IMG/VR virus record: IMGVR_UViG_3300019776_000324
Span: 248,001-312,000 of that record
DNA length: 64,000 bases
Reading direction: 5' to 3' (one strand)
Part shown: piece after piece, positions 1 through 10,019 of the stretch
How positions within the stretch are numbered: the first letter of the stretch is position 1
Layout: each line of letters begins with the position of its first letter
Notes under the pieces: model-generated
Told to the model about the DNA's origin: nothing
What the model saw: the letters and a program-made list of their open reading frames with translations, nothing else
Database searches by the model: none
Position numbers and translations under genes: made by a program

Positions 1-96
1 TTATTGAAGCAAACTGGGACTTTTTATTGTATCAAAGCACACTGGAATACCAGTCAAGAATGATTGGTTTCAGTACCATTTAAAATAAATATTAAT

Positions 97-639
97 ATGC
101 GTAACGAAATCAACTTAATTGAAGCAAGCACCCGTCCAGCTAAACTGGAAACTACTCCACTGCCATATGCAGAAAAGGCCTTAGATCCTGTAATGAGCAA
201 AGAGACCATAGAATATCACTATGAACATCTTGCAAAAGGCTACGCAAAACGCTATAATAGTGGTGAAGGCAATGCAGACTTTAACCGTGCTGGTAGCTTT
301 TTACACAATAAATTTTTCCCACAACTACAACCGCCCAAAGGCGCAAACCGTCCCAAAGGAGCAGTACTTGAACTCATTGAAACAAACTTCAAAACATACG
401 AAGACTTTAAAGATGAATTTAAAAAAGTGGCCATGGCTGTGCAGGGATCGGGCTGGGTATACCTTAGCACATCGGGCACGATTAAAACCATTCCAAACCA
501 TCAGGTTAGAACAGATATCTGTTTACTCGTTGATTGGTGGGAGCATGCTTGGGCACTAGATTATCAATGGGACAAAGAAAAGTACCTGGATAATATTTGG
601 AAAATTATTAATTGGAATGTTTGTAGCGAAAGATTATGA
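97..639 (+). CDS. sod: Fe/Mn superoxide dismutase
   Basis: LPY..AL.P..S.ETIEYHY, LHNKFF, GSGW and DWWEHA metal-ligand motifs. Start moved to ATG 97, 5 nt after TAAATA. Confidence 0.92.
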   Translation: MRNEINLIEASTRPAKLETTPLPYAEKALDPVMSKETIEYHYEHLAKGYAKRYNSGEGNADFNRAGSFLHNKFFPQLQPPKGANRPKGAVLELIETNFKTYEDFKDEFKKVAMAVQGSGWVYLSTSGTIKTIPNHQVRTDICLLVDWWEHAWALDYQWDKEKYLDNIWKIINWNVCSERL

Positions 640-962
640 TAACAGTAACCGAACAAGCAGTAGCTAAAATCAAGGATATTTTAGCAGAAGAAAACAACCC
701 AGATCTCAAACTCCGTGTATTTGTACAGGGAGGCGGATGTTCAGGCATGAGCTATGGCTTTACCTTGGACGATGCCCAGGCAGAAGATGACTGGGATTTA
801 GAAGTTTCTGGCATAAAAGTGCTGGTTGACAGCATGTCGGGTGGCTACCTACAAGGTGCTACAGTTGACTACAAAGAAAGTGATTACGGTAGCAGTTTTA
901 CCATTGATAATCCACAAGCAACTACAACCTGTGGTTGCGGTTCCAGCTTTAGTCCTTACTAA
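636..962 (+). CDS. erpA: A-type Fe-S cluster carrier (ErpA/IscA, HesB family)
   Basis: [15 protein letters not shown] and C-terminal TCGCGSSF. Confidence 0.93.
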   Translation: MITVTEQAVAKIKDILAEENNPDLKLRVFVQGGGCSGMSYGFTLDDAQAEDDWDLEVSGIKVLVDSMSGGYLQGATVDYKESDYGSSFTIDNPQATTTCGCGSSFSPY

Positions 963-981
963 AATACCCAAAACACCTTAA

Positions 982-1017
982 ATCTAGTTTCTGCTAAATA
1001 CAGCAGAGGAACTAGAT
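982..1017 (+). promoter_or_regulatory. Late promoter TAAATA (995-1000) inside a 14-bp hairpin that sequesters the GAGGA RBS
   Basis: ATCTAGTTTCTGCT / AGCAGA(GG)AACTAGAT inverted repeat; T4-like late -10 element. Confidence 0.7.
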
Positions 1018-1019
1018 CT

Positions 1020-2483
1020 ATGGCTCAACAAATTATCAATATTGGCGCGGCTCCGAACGACGGGCAAGGTACCCCTTTACGGACAAGTTTTGAATATTGT
1101 GATGAAAATTTTACAGAATTATACGCTAGAGCACAAACAGAACCACCACCTACACTAGTAGGCAGCGCTGGCGATGTGCCCGGAATGTATGCATATAATA
1201 GTACATATTTTTACTATTGTTTTGGCACCTACAATGGCTCCAGTGTTATTTGGGCGCAGTTGACCAACACTGGTAATATTGCAGCCACACAAATTTCAAG
1301 TGGGACCAGCAGTGTTGCAATTGCTAGTCCCAACGCAAATGTTACTTTTACAGTCAACGGCACTAGTAATGTAATTGTAGTCAATTCATCTGGTGCTAAT
1401 CTTAATGGATACTTAAACGCTACAGGCAATATCACAGGCGGCAATGTTTCAACTGCTGGTAATGTTTCTGCTGGATACTTTGTTGGTAACGGTAGTTTAT
1501 TAACTGGATTACCAGCAACCTATGGCAATGCTCAAGTTGCTGCATACATGCCATTTTACACTGGCACCTTGTCTCCTATAGGAATATATACCAACAATTA
1601 TTATTATGCCAACGGCACTCCGGTTTCATTCAGTGGAAACGGTGGCGGATCATATGGCAATGCTCAAGTCGCTGATTACTTGCCAACATACACTGGCAAC
1701 CTTGGTGGGACATTAACCACCGTCAGTCAACCACACATTACTACAATTGGTACATTAACTGGACTTACTGTCACCGGACTAGGTGCTGTAGCATTAAACC
1801 CAACTGCAAATAATGTTTCAATTAGTCCAACCTTTGGTGGAACTGTAACTATTAATCCAGCAGGCATCGGATCAATAGATAATATGAACATTGGTGTTAC
1901 TACACCGGGCACCGGTAAGTTCAGCACATTATCTGCTACTGGTAATATTACTGGTGCATATTTTGTAGGTGACGGCAGTCAATTAACCAATTTGCCAGTT
2001 GGCAATTATTCCAACGCCAATGTGGCAGCATACTTGCCAACCTACACCGGAGATGTTACTGCTGGCAATGTTTTAGTTACAGCCAATGTTAGTGCAACTG
2101 GTAACATTACTGGTACATATTTTGTTGGTAATGGTAGTTTATTAACTGGAATCACCGGTAGCGGAAGCAACTATACCAATGCCAATGTGGCAGCATATCT
2201 ACCAACCTACACTGGCAATTTAACTGCTGGTAATATATCAGTTACTGGAACCACAACCAGTAGCGTAGTTGGCAATGTAACAGGAATAGTTACCGGACAA
2301 CTTTATGGATTAACCAACGGTGTTAATACCACTTATGGCGCATGGGACTTTGGATACATTGCTGCCAACACATATACCAATCCATTACAATGGATTTTTG
2401 CCCAGACCTCAGCAGGAAACATTGACATGGGAACAATTGCATCACCGGCGTCTTATGAAATAGACATTGGCACAATATTCTAG
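1020..2483 (+). CDS. Virion structural protein (baseplate/tail fibre) with T4 gp9/gp10-like N-terminal motif
   Basis: N-terminal INIGAAPNDGQGTPLR motif; internal repeats YGNA.VA.YLPTYTG and ATGNITG..F.G.GS.LT. Confidence 0.7.
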   Translation: MAQQIINIGAAPNDGQGTPLRTSFEYCDENFTELYARAQTEPPPTLVGSAGDVPGMYAYNSTYFYYCFGTYNGSSVIWAQLTNTGNIAATQISSGTSSVAIASPNANVTFTVNGTSNVIVVNSSGANLNGYLNATGNITGGNVSTAGNVSAGYFVGNGSLLTGLPATYGNAQVAAYMPFYTGTLSPIGIYTNNYYYANGTPVSFSGNGGGSYGNAQVADYLPTYTGNLGGTLTTVSQPHITTIGTLTGLTVTGLGAVALNPTANNVSISPTFGGTVTINPAGIGSIDNMNIGVTTPGTGKFSTLSATGNITGAYFVGDGSQLTNLPVGNYSNANVAAYLPTYTGDVTAGNVLVTANVSATGNITGTYFVGNGSLLTGITGSGSNYTNANVAAYLPTYTGNLTAGNISVTGTTTSSVVGNVTGIVTGQLYGLTNGVNTTYGAWDFGYIAANTYTNPLQWIFAQTSAGNIDMGTIASPASYEIDIGTIF

Positions 2484-2492
2484 GAGAAATAA

Positions 2493-4712
2493 ATGAGTTT
2501 GCAAATTAGACGCGGAACAGCCGCACAACTAGCTAACATAACACCAGTCACTGGCGAGTTGATTTATACAACTGACAGCAAGGCTGTATTTGTTGGCGAC
2601 GGTACTACAGCAGGTGGTATTGCTATTGCAGTTGGCGGATCTGGTAACGTTACCGGCACTAACTTGCTCACTAGCGGAATCGCAAGTGCTGCAGGCAATG
2701 TAACCGGTGGCAATGTTAATACAGGCGGCCAAGTAAGTGCCACAGGAAATATCACTGCAAACTATTTCATTGGTAACGGATCTGCGTTGACTGGGTTGGT
2801 AGCTAGTAGTGTCAATGCTAACTCTTTAACAGGTACTGTATTAAATTCAGGTGTAGTTACTTCTAGTTTAACAAGTGTTGGAACTCTTACAAGTGTAAGT
2901 ATCACCGGAAATGTTAACGGTGGAAATTTAAGAACAGCTGGATTAGTTAGTGCCACTGGTTCAATTACAGGCGCCAGTGTTGTTGGTGGTGTAATGACTG
3001 GTACAAGTTTATCAGTAAGCGGTGCAGTCACAGGCGCCAGTGTTGTTGGTGGTGTAATGACTGGTACAAGTTTAAGTACAAGTGGTGCAGTTACTGGAGC
3101 AAGTTTAGCCACAGGTGGAACAGCAAGTGCAACTGGTAACATTACAGGCGGTAATGTCTTAACAGGTGGCATTGTAAGTGCAACTGGAAACATCACAGGT
3201 GGCAATGTTAGTGCCACAGCTCATACTGGCGTTACAGTATCTGTAGTAGGAAACATCACAGGTGGCAACTTAGTTACTAGTGGAACTGTTATTAATTCTT
3301 CAGTATCATCAACTGGTAATGTGATTGGTGGCAATGTTACAACCGGAGGTGTTGTAAGTGCAACTGGTAATATTAGTACTGCTGGATTCTTTATAGGTAA
3401 CGGTTCTGCATTAACTGGTGTTATTTCTTCATATGGTAATACTAATGTTACAACATTATTATCTGCATTTGGTAGCAATAGTATATCTACAACAGGTACA
3501 ATTACTTCAGGTAATGCCACAGTTGGAAATGTATTAACAGGTGGTATCGTAAGTGCTACTGGTAACATCACAGGTGGTAATATTACAATTTCTACTGTGA
3601 CTGCTACTACAGTTAGTGCAACTGGTAATGTACAGGGCGGCAATTTAAGAACCGCAGGATTAATTTCAGCTACTGGTAATATTTCTGGTGGCAATGCGAT
3701 TGTTACAGGAGATGTTAATGCTGGCGGTAATGTCAGTGCTACAAATCATACAGGTAGTACTGTGTCAGTTGCTGGTAACATCACTGGCGGCAATATTAGT
3801 GCTAGTTTACACAGTGGTACTACAGTTAGTGTAACTGGTAACATCACTGGTGGTAATATTTCAAGCGGTGCTGCTGTTAGTGCAATCACATACACAGGTA
3901 CCACATTTAGTGCAACCGGTAACATCACTGGCGGCAATGTTAACACAGCCTCTTTAAGTGCTAGTGGTACTGTAACAGCTGCAAGTACAGTAGGTGGCGT
4001 TATTACAGGAACAAGTGCAAGCACTTCTGGCAATGTTACAGGTGGTAATGTATTAACTGGTGGCATTGTAAGTGCTATCGGAAACATTTCTGGTAATTAC
4101 TTTGTTGGTAACGGTTCTGCATTGACCGGTGTATTAGCTACTGAAGTTGGTACTTTGGCTAGTTTGAGTGTAACTGGTAATACAGTAAGTGGCAATTTAA
4201 CCACAGCTGGTGTACTTACAGTTAACAGTGGCGCAGCCGCAACAGCAATTGTCAATGGTGGATCAAATGCAGCTGGTAACATTGGTAGCTCAACCAAGTA
4301 CTTCAATACTGTTTATGCCACAGCAACTACAGCACTCTACGCTGACTTAGCTGAATCATATACTGCCGATGCTGACTATGAGCCAGGAACAGTTGTATGT
4401 TTTGATGGCACAGCCGAAGTTACACAATGTAACACAGATGCATGTCCTACTATAGCTGGTGTTGTTTCTACTGACCCAGCTTACAGAATGAATTCTGGAT
4501 TAGCTAGTGAATTTGTTGCCGTAGTAGCTCTAACAGGTCGTGTACCAACCAAGGTACGAGGTCCTGTTAAGAAAGGTGCTATGATGGTCAGTGCCGGCGA
4601 TGGTTATGCTCGTGCTGAATCTGCTCCAGCAATTGGAACAGTAATTGGCAAGGCACTTGAATCGTTTGATGGCGACTCTGGAATAATTGAGGTCGTAGTC
4701 GGAAGGCTCTAA
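2493..4712 (+). CDS. Tail fibre with Mtd_N-like head, SATGNITGGN repeats and C-terminal intramolecular-chaperone (peptidase G2-like) domain
   Basis: MSLQIRRGT..GELIY..D..VFVGDG; many Gly/Thr/Asn repeats; YADLAE...GTVIGKALE C-terminus. Confidence 0.8.
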   Translation: MSLQIRRGTAAQLANITPVTGELIYTTDSKAVFVGDGTTAGGIAIAVGGSGNVTGTNLLTSGIASAAGNVTGGNVNTGGQVSATGNITANYFIGNGSALTGLVASSVNANSLTGTVLNSGVVTSSLTSVGTLTSVSITGNVNGGNLRTAGLVSATGSITGASVVGGVMTGTSLSVSGAVTGASVVGGVMTGTSLSTSGAVTGASLATGGTASATGNITGGNVLTGGIVSATGNITGGNVSATAHTGVTVSVVGNITGGNLVTSGTVINSSVSSTGNVIGGNVTTGGVVSATGNISTAGFFIGNGSALTGVISSYGNTNVTTLLSAFGSNSISTTGTITSGNATVGNVLTGGIVSATGNITGGNITISTVTATTVSATGNVQGGNLRTAGLISATGNISGGNAIVTGDVNAGGNVSATNHTGSTVSVAGNITGGNISASLHSGTTVSVTGNITGGNISSGAAVSAITYTGTTFSATGNITGGNVNTASLSASGTVTAASTVGGVITGTSASTSGNVTGGNVLTGGIVSAIGNISGNYFVGNGSALTGVLATEVGTLASLSVTGNTVSGNLTTAGVLTVNSGAAATAIVNGGSNAAGNIGSSTKYFNTVYATATTALYADLAESYTADADYEPGTVVCFDGTAEVTQCNTDACPTIAGVVSTDPAYRMNSGLASEFVAVVALTGRVPTKVRGPVKKGAMMVSAGDGYARAESAPAIGTVIGKALESFDGDSGIIEVVVGRL
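2967..3074 (+). repeat. 45-nt identical direct repeat, period 63 nt (21 codons), inside the tail fibre gene
   Basis: ACAGGCGCCAGTGTTGTTGGTGGTGTAATGACTGGTACAAGTTTA at 2967-3011 and 3030-3074. Confidence 0.9.
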
Positions 4713-4714
4713 TA

Positions 4715-7240
4715 ATGTCTTCAATACCAAGTTGGGTCACTCCAGCCGGCACGCTCGGGTCCATACCAGAAGGTGTTTTTTATCAAACACCGCTGGTAGC
4801 TATCTCGGATGCTGATGTATATTACCGAGTTATTGCTGGCAATTTGCCACCTGGTATTCAAATAAACGAAACAGGTGTGTTATCTGGCAACCCACAGATT
4901 GGTGCGGTTATTCAAGGTGTTCCTTTAGATGTTCCTGTTGATACCACTAGTAAATTTGCTGTTCGTGCATTTACTAAACGAGTGATCGACGGAGTTACTG
5001 TAGTTGATAAATTAGCCGATAGAACTTTTACATTAACAGTAACAGGTCAAAGCGAAGTTACTTGGACTACTCCTCCTGGCCAAATTGCTACTTACTATGA
5101 TGGACAACAGATTACTGATCTTGCTGTTGATTATTATGATCCAGATGTATATGCAATCAATGTAGTTACCCTAATTGCTGGTTCACTGCCTACAGGATTA
5201 ACTATTTCTGCGGCAGGAATAATTTCTGGATACATTAGCCCTAATCCAGATTCAACTGTGACCTCTACAGATTATTCTTTTACATTACGAGTTACCAATG
5301 GTGTTACTAGCGATGTTAGAACTTTTAGTATTTTAGTTTATGCTCGCAGTACTATGACTGCAGATAACACTAACATTACCGCTGACAATACATTTATTAC
5401 TGCTGACGCCAGCCCATTACAACCACCAATTATTACAACCCCAGAAGGAAGTATTGGATCTGTTCGTAGTGATAATTTCTACGCATTTCAATTTGCTGGC
5501 TTGGACTTTGCCGGTAATGAATTTCAATTCATTGGCACCGATCTGCCACCAGGATTGACACTAGATCCTAATTCTGGTTGGCTTTATGGATATATTCCAT
5601 TTGAAGGATTAAGTTCAACTACCTATACATTTAGTGTTATAGCCAAAGAAGTTTTGAATCCTGATGTGTTTAGCGATCCTTACTACTATTCATTGACTAT
5701 CAATGGCCCAGTTAACTCTGATGTTATCTGGTTAACCGATAGCGACTTAGGAACCATCGACAATGGCGCCACCAGCACCTTGTATGTTGAGGCTGTGAAT
5801 GTTGCTGGTCTAGGATTACAATATCAATTACTGTCAGGTAGTGATAGTTTATTACCTCAAGGTTTACAATTACTATCGTCTGGACATATTGCTGGTCGTG
5901 TTAGTTTTGATACTTTTGCTGTTGATGGCGGCGCCACTACATTTGATGTGGATCTTAATACAGTTCGACAACCAACTACATTTGACATGGTGCATACATT
6001 TACTGTGAATGCGTATAGCGTAAATGGTATAGTTAATGTTAATAAAACTTTTTCAATTCGTGTGGTCAGAAGATACAACGAACCATATGATAATCTTTAT
6101 ATCCAGGCAATGCCCCCATTCAATGACAGAGCAATACTAGATAGCTTGTTACAGGATACTAGTATATTTCCTCCTGCTCTAATTTATCGAGGTGATGATC
6201 CAAACTTTGGCATAGCAAAAAAAGTTGTGTATCCACATGCCTATGGTCTTACTGTTGCGACATTAGATGAGTATGTGGCTAGTTTAAATTTAAACCACTA
6301 CTGGAAAGATTTGACACTGGGCGAAATTAAAACTGCTCGTGCATTAGATGATGTAGGTAATGTTATCTACGAAGTTGTTTACAGCGAAGTCATTGACAAT
6401 TTAGTAAACAACAGTGGTACCAGTGTAGGCAAGGAAGTAAATTTAGCATTTCCAATCGCTGAACCTGATTCAACTGAAACTTCAAAGGTATATCCAAATA
6501 GTCTATTTGACATGCGTAATCAAGTTATTGATGTTGTTGGACAAACCAGTAATGTATTACCTCGCTGGATGTTGAGCCGTCAAGCCAACGGACAGACTCT
6601 GGGCTTTACTAATGCTTGGGTAATTGCTTATACCAATCCTGGACAAAGTGGACAAGTTGCATATAATATACAACAACGATTTACTCAGCAGTTAAATTTA
6701 ATTGACTTTGAAGCAGATCGTTATGAATTAGATAATCTGTTGACTAAAAACTGGGACAGAGAAAATCAACACTGGATTCCTCGACCTCCTACCATTACTA
6801 CTTTTGATTTCGACACTTATTACATTATTACCTCTTTCAATGGTGGTGTAGGATATAGAGGAATCGAAACAGCGTCAAATGGAGACATTACCTATCCAGG
6901 CGATCAAATCAAAATTTTAGGCAGTCAAATTGGCGGCCAAGATGGTGTAAATGATATTATAATCACAGTATCCGGAGTCAACTCAATTGGCACAATTCAA
7001 ACTGTATTTTATAACCAACTTTCACCATTGACCACAGTGGGCAATAATTACGATAATATTGCTGGAACCAATATCTCGGGTGTTGGTAACGGAGCAATTT
7101 GGAATATTGAATCAGCAGATGGAACACCAACCGTATTTGATGGAAATAGTTTACAGTTTATAGCCCCTGTAGATATGTATTCGTCTACTCAGATATACGA
7201 TAAATACCTCGTATTCCCCAAACGGAACATTTTACAATAA
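4715..7240 (+). CDS. Virion structural protein with putative Ig (He_PIG-like) domains
   Basis: Repeated GxLPxG(L/I)x(I/L)..G.ISG motifs; lies in a structural operon. Confidence 0.65.
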   Translation: MSSIPSWVTPAGTLGSIPEGVFYQTPLVAISDADVYYRVIAGNLPPGIQINETGVLSGNPQIGAVIQGVPLDVPVDTTSKFAVRAFTKRVIDGVTVVDKLADRTFTLTVTGQSEVTWTTPPGQIATYYDGQQITDLAVDYYDPDVYAINVVTLIAGSLPTGLTISAAGIISGYISPNPDSTVTSTDYSFTLRVTNGVTSDVRTFSILVYARSTMTADNTNITADNTFITADASPLQPPIITTPEGSIGSVRSDNFYAFQFAGLDFAGNEFQFIGTDLPPGLTLDPNSGWLYGYIPFEGLSSTTYTFSVIAKEVLNPDVFSDPYYYSLTINGPVNSDVIWLTDSDLGTIDNGATSTLYVEAVNVAGLGLQYQLLSGSDSLLPQGLQLLSSGHIAGRVSFDTFAVDGGATTFDVDLNTVRQPTTFDMVHTFTVNAYSVNGIVNVNKTFSIRVVRRYNEPYDNLYIQAMPPFNDRAILDSLLQDTSIFPPALIYRGDDPNFGIAKKVVYPHAYGLTVATLDEYVASLNLNHYWKDLTLGEIKTARALDDVGNVIYEVVYSEVIDNLVNNSGTSVGKEVNLAFPIAEPDSTETSKVYPNSLFDMRNQVIDVVGQTSNVLPRWMLSRQANGQTLGFTNAWVIAYTNPGQSGQVAYNIQQRFTQQLNLIDFEADRYELDNLLTKNWDRENQHWIPRPPTITTFDFDTYYIITSFNGGVGYRGIETASNGDITYPGDQIKILGSQIGGQDGVNDIIITVSGVNSIGTIQTVFYNQLSPLTTVGNNYDNIAGTNISGVGNGAIWNIESADGTPTVFDGNSLQFIAPVDMYSSTQIYDKYLVFPKRNILQ

Positions 7241-7253
7241 ATTAGGATAACTT

Positions 7254-8141
7254 ATGACTAGTGCAATTAACCCACAAAATATTGACGGCGCCTACCCAGT
7301 CGCTGGACAAGATAACAATTCACAAGGTTTTCGTGATAACTTTACCAACACGAAAACTAACTTTCAGTATGCAGCTGATGAAATCACAGACCTGCAGAAT
7401 AAAGCTGTATTAAAAGCAGCACTAACAGGCACTACATTAAACAATGACATGCAAGGTGCAGTGTTAAGTAATGCTCAATTACAAGATATGAGCGAAACAG
7501 TTGTACCACTAGGTACAGTCAGCGGTTCACAAACTATTAATTACAGTTTGGGTTCATATCAAACTTTAACTACTAACGGATCAGTTAGTTTAGCGTTTAG
7601 TAATTTTCCAGCAGCAGGCACAGCTGGAAGTGTTACTGTTCAAGTTACAGTTGCAAGTGCTACTCATACATTAACTCTTCCTGCGGCAGTATCAGTTAAT
7701 AATATCGGTATCCAAGGTTTAAATACTTCAACAAATACTATAAGTTTTGCTGCTCCTGGTGTGTATAGTTTCCAATTTATTACCAGCAATGGTGGCACAA
7801 CTATTACAGTTAACGAAACTAATAAACTTTTACAAGCATTAAATGGAAGTGGTGAGACTTTGCCATCATCAGGTTTCCCATGTGATTTAGGAGTTACCAG
7901 TACTAAATTTGCAACCACAGGTTCATGGACAGCAACATTGGGCAACGGTGTAGCTGGTCAGGTCAAAGACTTTATTATGATTGCAGACGGTGGCGATATG
8001 GTTATCACTGTGGCCAATGCTGGATGGAAAACTTCTGGATCTGGCACAATGACATTCAATGACATTGGTGATTCTTGTATATTGCGCTTTGCTGCTAGTA
8101 AATGGTATTGCATAGGTAATAACGGCGTTGTATTTGCCTAA
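7254..8141 (+). CDS. Putative virion structural protein
   Basis: YPVAGQDNNSQGFRDNF N-terminus, beta-rich Thr/Ser/Gly composition, last gene of the structural run, AGGA RBS. Confidence 0.55.
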   Translation: MTSAINPQNIDGAYPVAGQDNNSQGFRDNFTNTKTNFQYAADEITDLQNKAVLKAALTGTTLNNDMQGAVLSNAQLQDMSETVVPLGTVSGSQTINYSLGSYQTLTTNGSVSLAFSNFPAAGTAGSVTVQVTVASATHTLTLPAAVSVNNIGIQGLNTSTNTISFAAPGVYSFQFITSNGGTTITVNETNKLLQALNGSGETLPSSGFPCDLGVTSTKFATTGSWTATLGNGVAGQVKDFIMIADGGDMVITVANAGWKTSGSGTMTFNDIGDSCILRFAASKWYCIGNNGVVFA

Positions 8142-8146
8142 ATCGT

Positions 8147-8175
8147 TTGACTTTTAGATGGATGTGCTGTACAAT
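8147..8175 (+). promoter_or_regulatory. sigma70-type promoter TTGACT-17-TACAAT
   Basis: Near-consensus with 17-nt spacer, 6 nt before ATG 8182. Confidence 0.7.
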
Positions 8176-8181
8176 TACAGT

Positions 8182-8406
8182 ATGGAACATCCATTAATAC
8201 CCAATCTTGACAGTTTAACTGAACAAGAACTACTTGATAAAATTTCAGAACTAAATCGAAAACTTAGTATTGCCTACGGAACTGGCAATGCTTATCTTTG
8301 CAATCAACTAAGAATGGCTATTGAAAGTTTTCAAACCAAATATCGAGAAAAGATCCGTGGTGGCGACAATGGCAATAACTTTGATGATGTGATTGATATT
8401 TCATGA
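8182..8406 (+). CDS. Hypothetical protein
   Basis: ORF track; start reassigned to MEHPLIP downstream of promoter; ATGA overlap with next gene. Confidence 0.7.
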   Translation: MEHPLIPNLDSLTEQELLDKISELNRKLSIAYGTGNAYLCNQLRMAIESFQTKYREKIRGGDNGNNFDDVIDIS

Positions 8407-9005
8407 ATGTAAGAATAGCACAATTAACTAGTTTTAATGCTGGAAACTGGCACGACGACTCATTAGAAATGACCGAGTACACAGTCAAGCTATGGATGAT
8501 CACTCAGACTTATAATGCACTTGAACAGAATATTGCTATCAGTCGAGCCAAACATTTTATTTTTGATCAAATTGAAAATACTATATTCATTGATTCAGAT
8601 GATGTAACCAAGGCAACAGCACTTGCTAGTGCCGGCCTTGATATTACAACTTTACCAGGAGACCCTGGGGATCAATTGGTTGGTATTATGCTATTTCATA
8701 AATTAAATGCTATAATGGAAGACCGCATCAAGATTGTTGAAATTGAAATTTCGTCAGGCAATGGTATAATTTATCTGCATGGTGAAAACGAAACCTCAGA
8801 TGACTTGTCTATTCCAGACTGGTGGGCAGCAGCAGATCTTGTACACTCTGACTTGCAATTGATCGAGTCCGACAAAGTTGTAACCATGCAACAAACCAGT
8901 GCCTGGAGAGATGTTGGACTAGCATGGCCCGACGAAGTAGTAGATATGGAACCTGGAAATACTGTAGTTTTTGCAAATTTTAAATCAACTAATGATACAG
9001 AATAA
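8403..9005 (+). CDS. Hypothetical protein
   Basis: 200-aa ORF coupled to neighbours. Confidence 0.7.
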   Translation: MNVRIAQLTSFNAGNWHDDSLEMTEYTVKLWMITQTYNALEQNIAISRAKHFIFDQIENTIFIDSDDVTKATALASAGLDITTLPGDPGDQLVGIMLFHKLNAIMEDRIKIVEIEISSGNGIIYLHGENETSDDLSIPDWWAAADLVHSDLQLIESDKVVTMQQTSAWRDVGLAWPDEVVDMEPGNTVVFANFKSTNDTE

Positions 9006-9504
9006 GTTTGGCGAAATGATTTTTAATGAATCAGATGTGTGTGACTTAGTCATGCAGGGCCAAGCTGAATCGTTGCATAGAATGGTAGTAGATAAATCTG
9101 TTAATTTAGAAACGGCTGCATTGGTTTTAGAAAATATTCCAGAGTTTTTAGATTACAACGAATTATCACAACTGTCAGTTGAAGAATTTGATCATCTTAA
9201 TCAAAGCAATTGGCACATGCCAACCAAGTATAAAGAATTAGATATTGCAGAATATGTGTTGGGCTTATGTACAACAGAGGCAGAATTACAAAGATGCGGA
9301 GAAGAATTACTATTGTACCAAGAAAAAGATTTGTTTAATCTATTACGATATTTAAAATATCTAGTAGATGTTATGACTGAAAATAATCTTATTTGGGGTG
9401 TAGGAAGAGGATCTAGTGTAGCTAGTTATATCTTGTATAAATTAGGTGTGCATCGAATCGATAGCATGTTCTATAAATTAGATATACACGAATTTCTCCG
9501 TTAA
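8992..9504 (+). CDS. Stand-alone fragment of DNA polymerase III alpha (DnaE NTPase/palm region)
   Basis: R..EEL, WGVGRGSSVAS..LY.LGV..ID...Y.L...EFL; stops before the PDID catalytic motif. Confidence 0.8.
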   Translation: MIQNKFGEMIFNESDVCDLVMQGQAESLHRMVVDKSVNLETAALVLENIPEFLDYNELSQLSVEEFDHLNQSNWHMPTKYKELDIAEYVLGLCTTEAELQRCGEELLLYQEKDLFNLLRYLKYLVDVMTENNLIWGVGRGSSVASYILYKLGVHRIDSMFYKLDIHEFLR

Positions 9505-9533
9505 ATATACAAACAAATTTAAGGAACAACAAA

Positions 9534-10019
9534 ATGACTAGTAAAGTTTACAAAACAGCGCAAGGTAAAACAGTTGATTTGGGCACTATCATGCTACAAA
9601 ACGAACATGTACGAGCAGTTGGCAACATGAATGTCAATGCCCGCGGCGATCAACTTGACAGCAACAATCGAGTAATTGAAACTAAGAATCGTCAAATACA
9701 AAGACAAAATTCTCGTACAACTACTCCTGCAACAACTGTAGCTGAAGTTCATACTAGTACAGGTAAAGCCAAGCGAGCACAACAGCAAGCATTGTTGCAA
9801 GCACAGGAAGCACAAAATAATGTTGAAGAGTCAGTAGATGATACTGAGTTGGAAGATGTTACAACTGTTGATGAAGCCACAGACGCTGACACAGAAGTAT
9901 CAGCCACTGGCGGCGGACTTGCTGCGGCAATTGCTAGATCAAAAATTGTCAAGCAAGAAAAAGAAAAAACACTTAGAGAACTTGCAAGAGAAGCCAACCC
10001 TGGAGTTAGAAGAATATAA
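9534..10019 (+). CDS. Hypothetical late protein
   Basis: AAGGA RBS; TAAATA at 9502-9507. Confidence 0.7.
   Translation: MTSKVYKTAQGKTVDLGTIMLQNEHVRAVGNMNVNARGDQLDSNNRVIETKNRQIQRQNSRTTTPATTVAEVHTSTGKAKRAQQQALLQAQEAQNNVEESVDDTELEDVTTVDEATDADTEVSATGGGLAAAIARSKIVKQEKEKTLRELAREANPGVRRI

Noticed and set aside
2967-3074. CRISPR-like repeat
   Set aside because: Only two copies, in frame within a coding repeat; no spacer array or cas genes seen in the window.
2493-4712. Diversity-generating retroelement target (Mtd_N-like fibre)
   Set aside because: No reverse transcriptase and no template/variable repeat pair differing at adenines in the window; the C-terminus is chaperone-like.
1229-4730. Long reverse-strand ORFs over the tail fibre genes
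   Set aside because: Shadow frames of Gly/Asn/Thr/Val repeats (Pro/Val/Leu-rich, no RBS), fully overlapping real genes.
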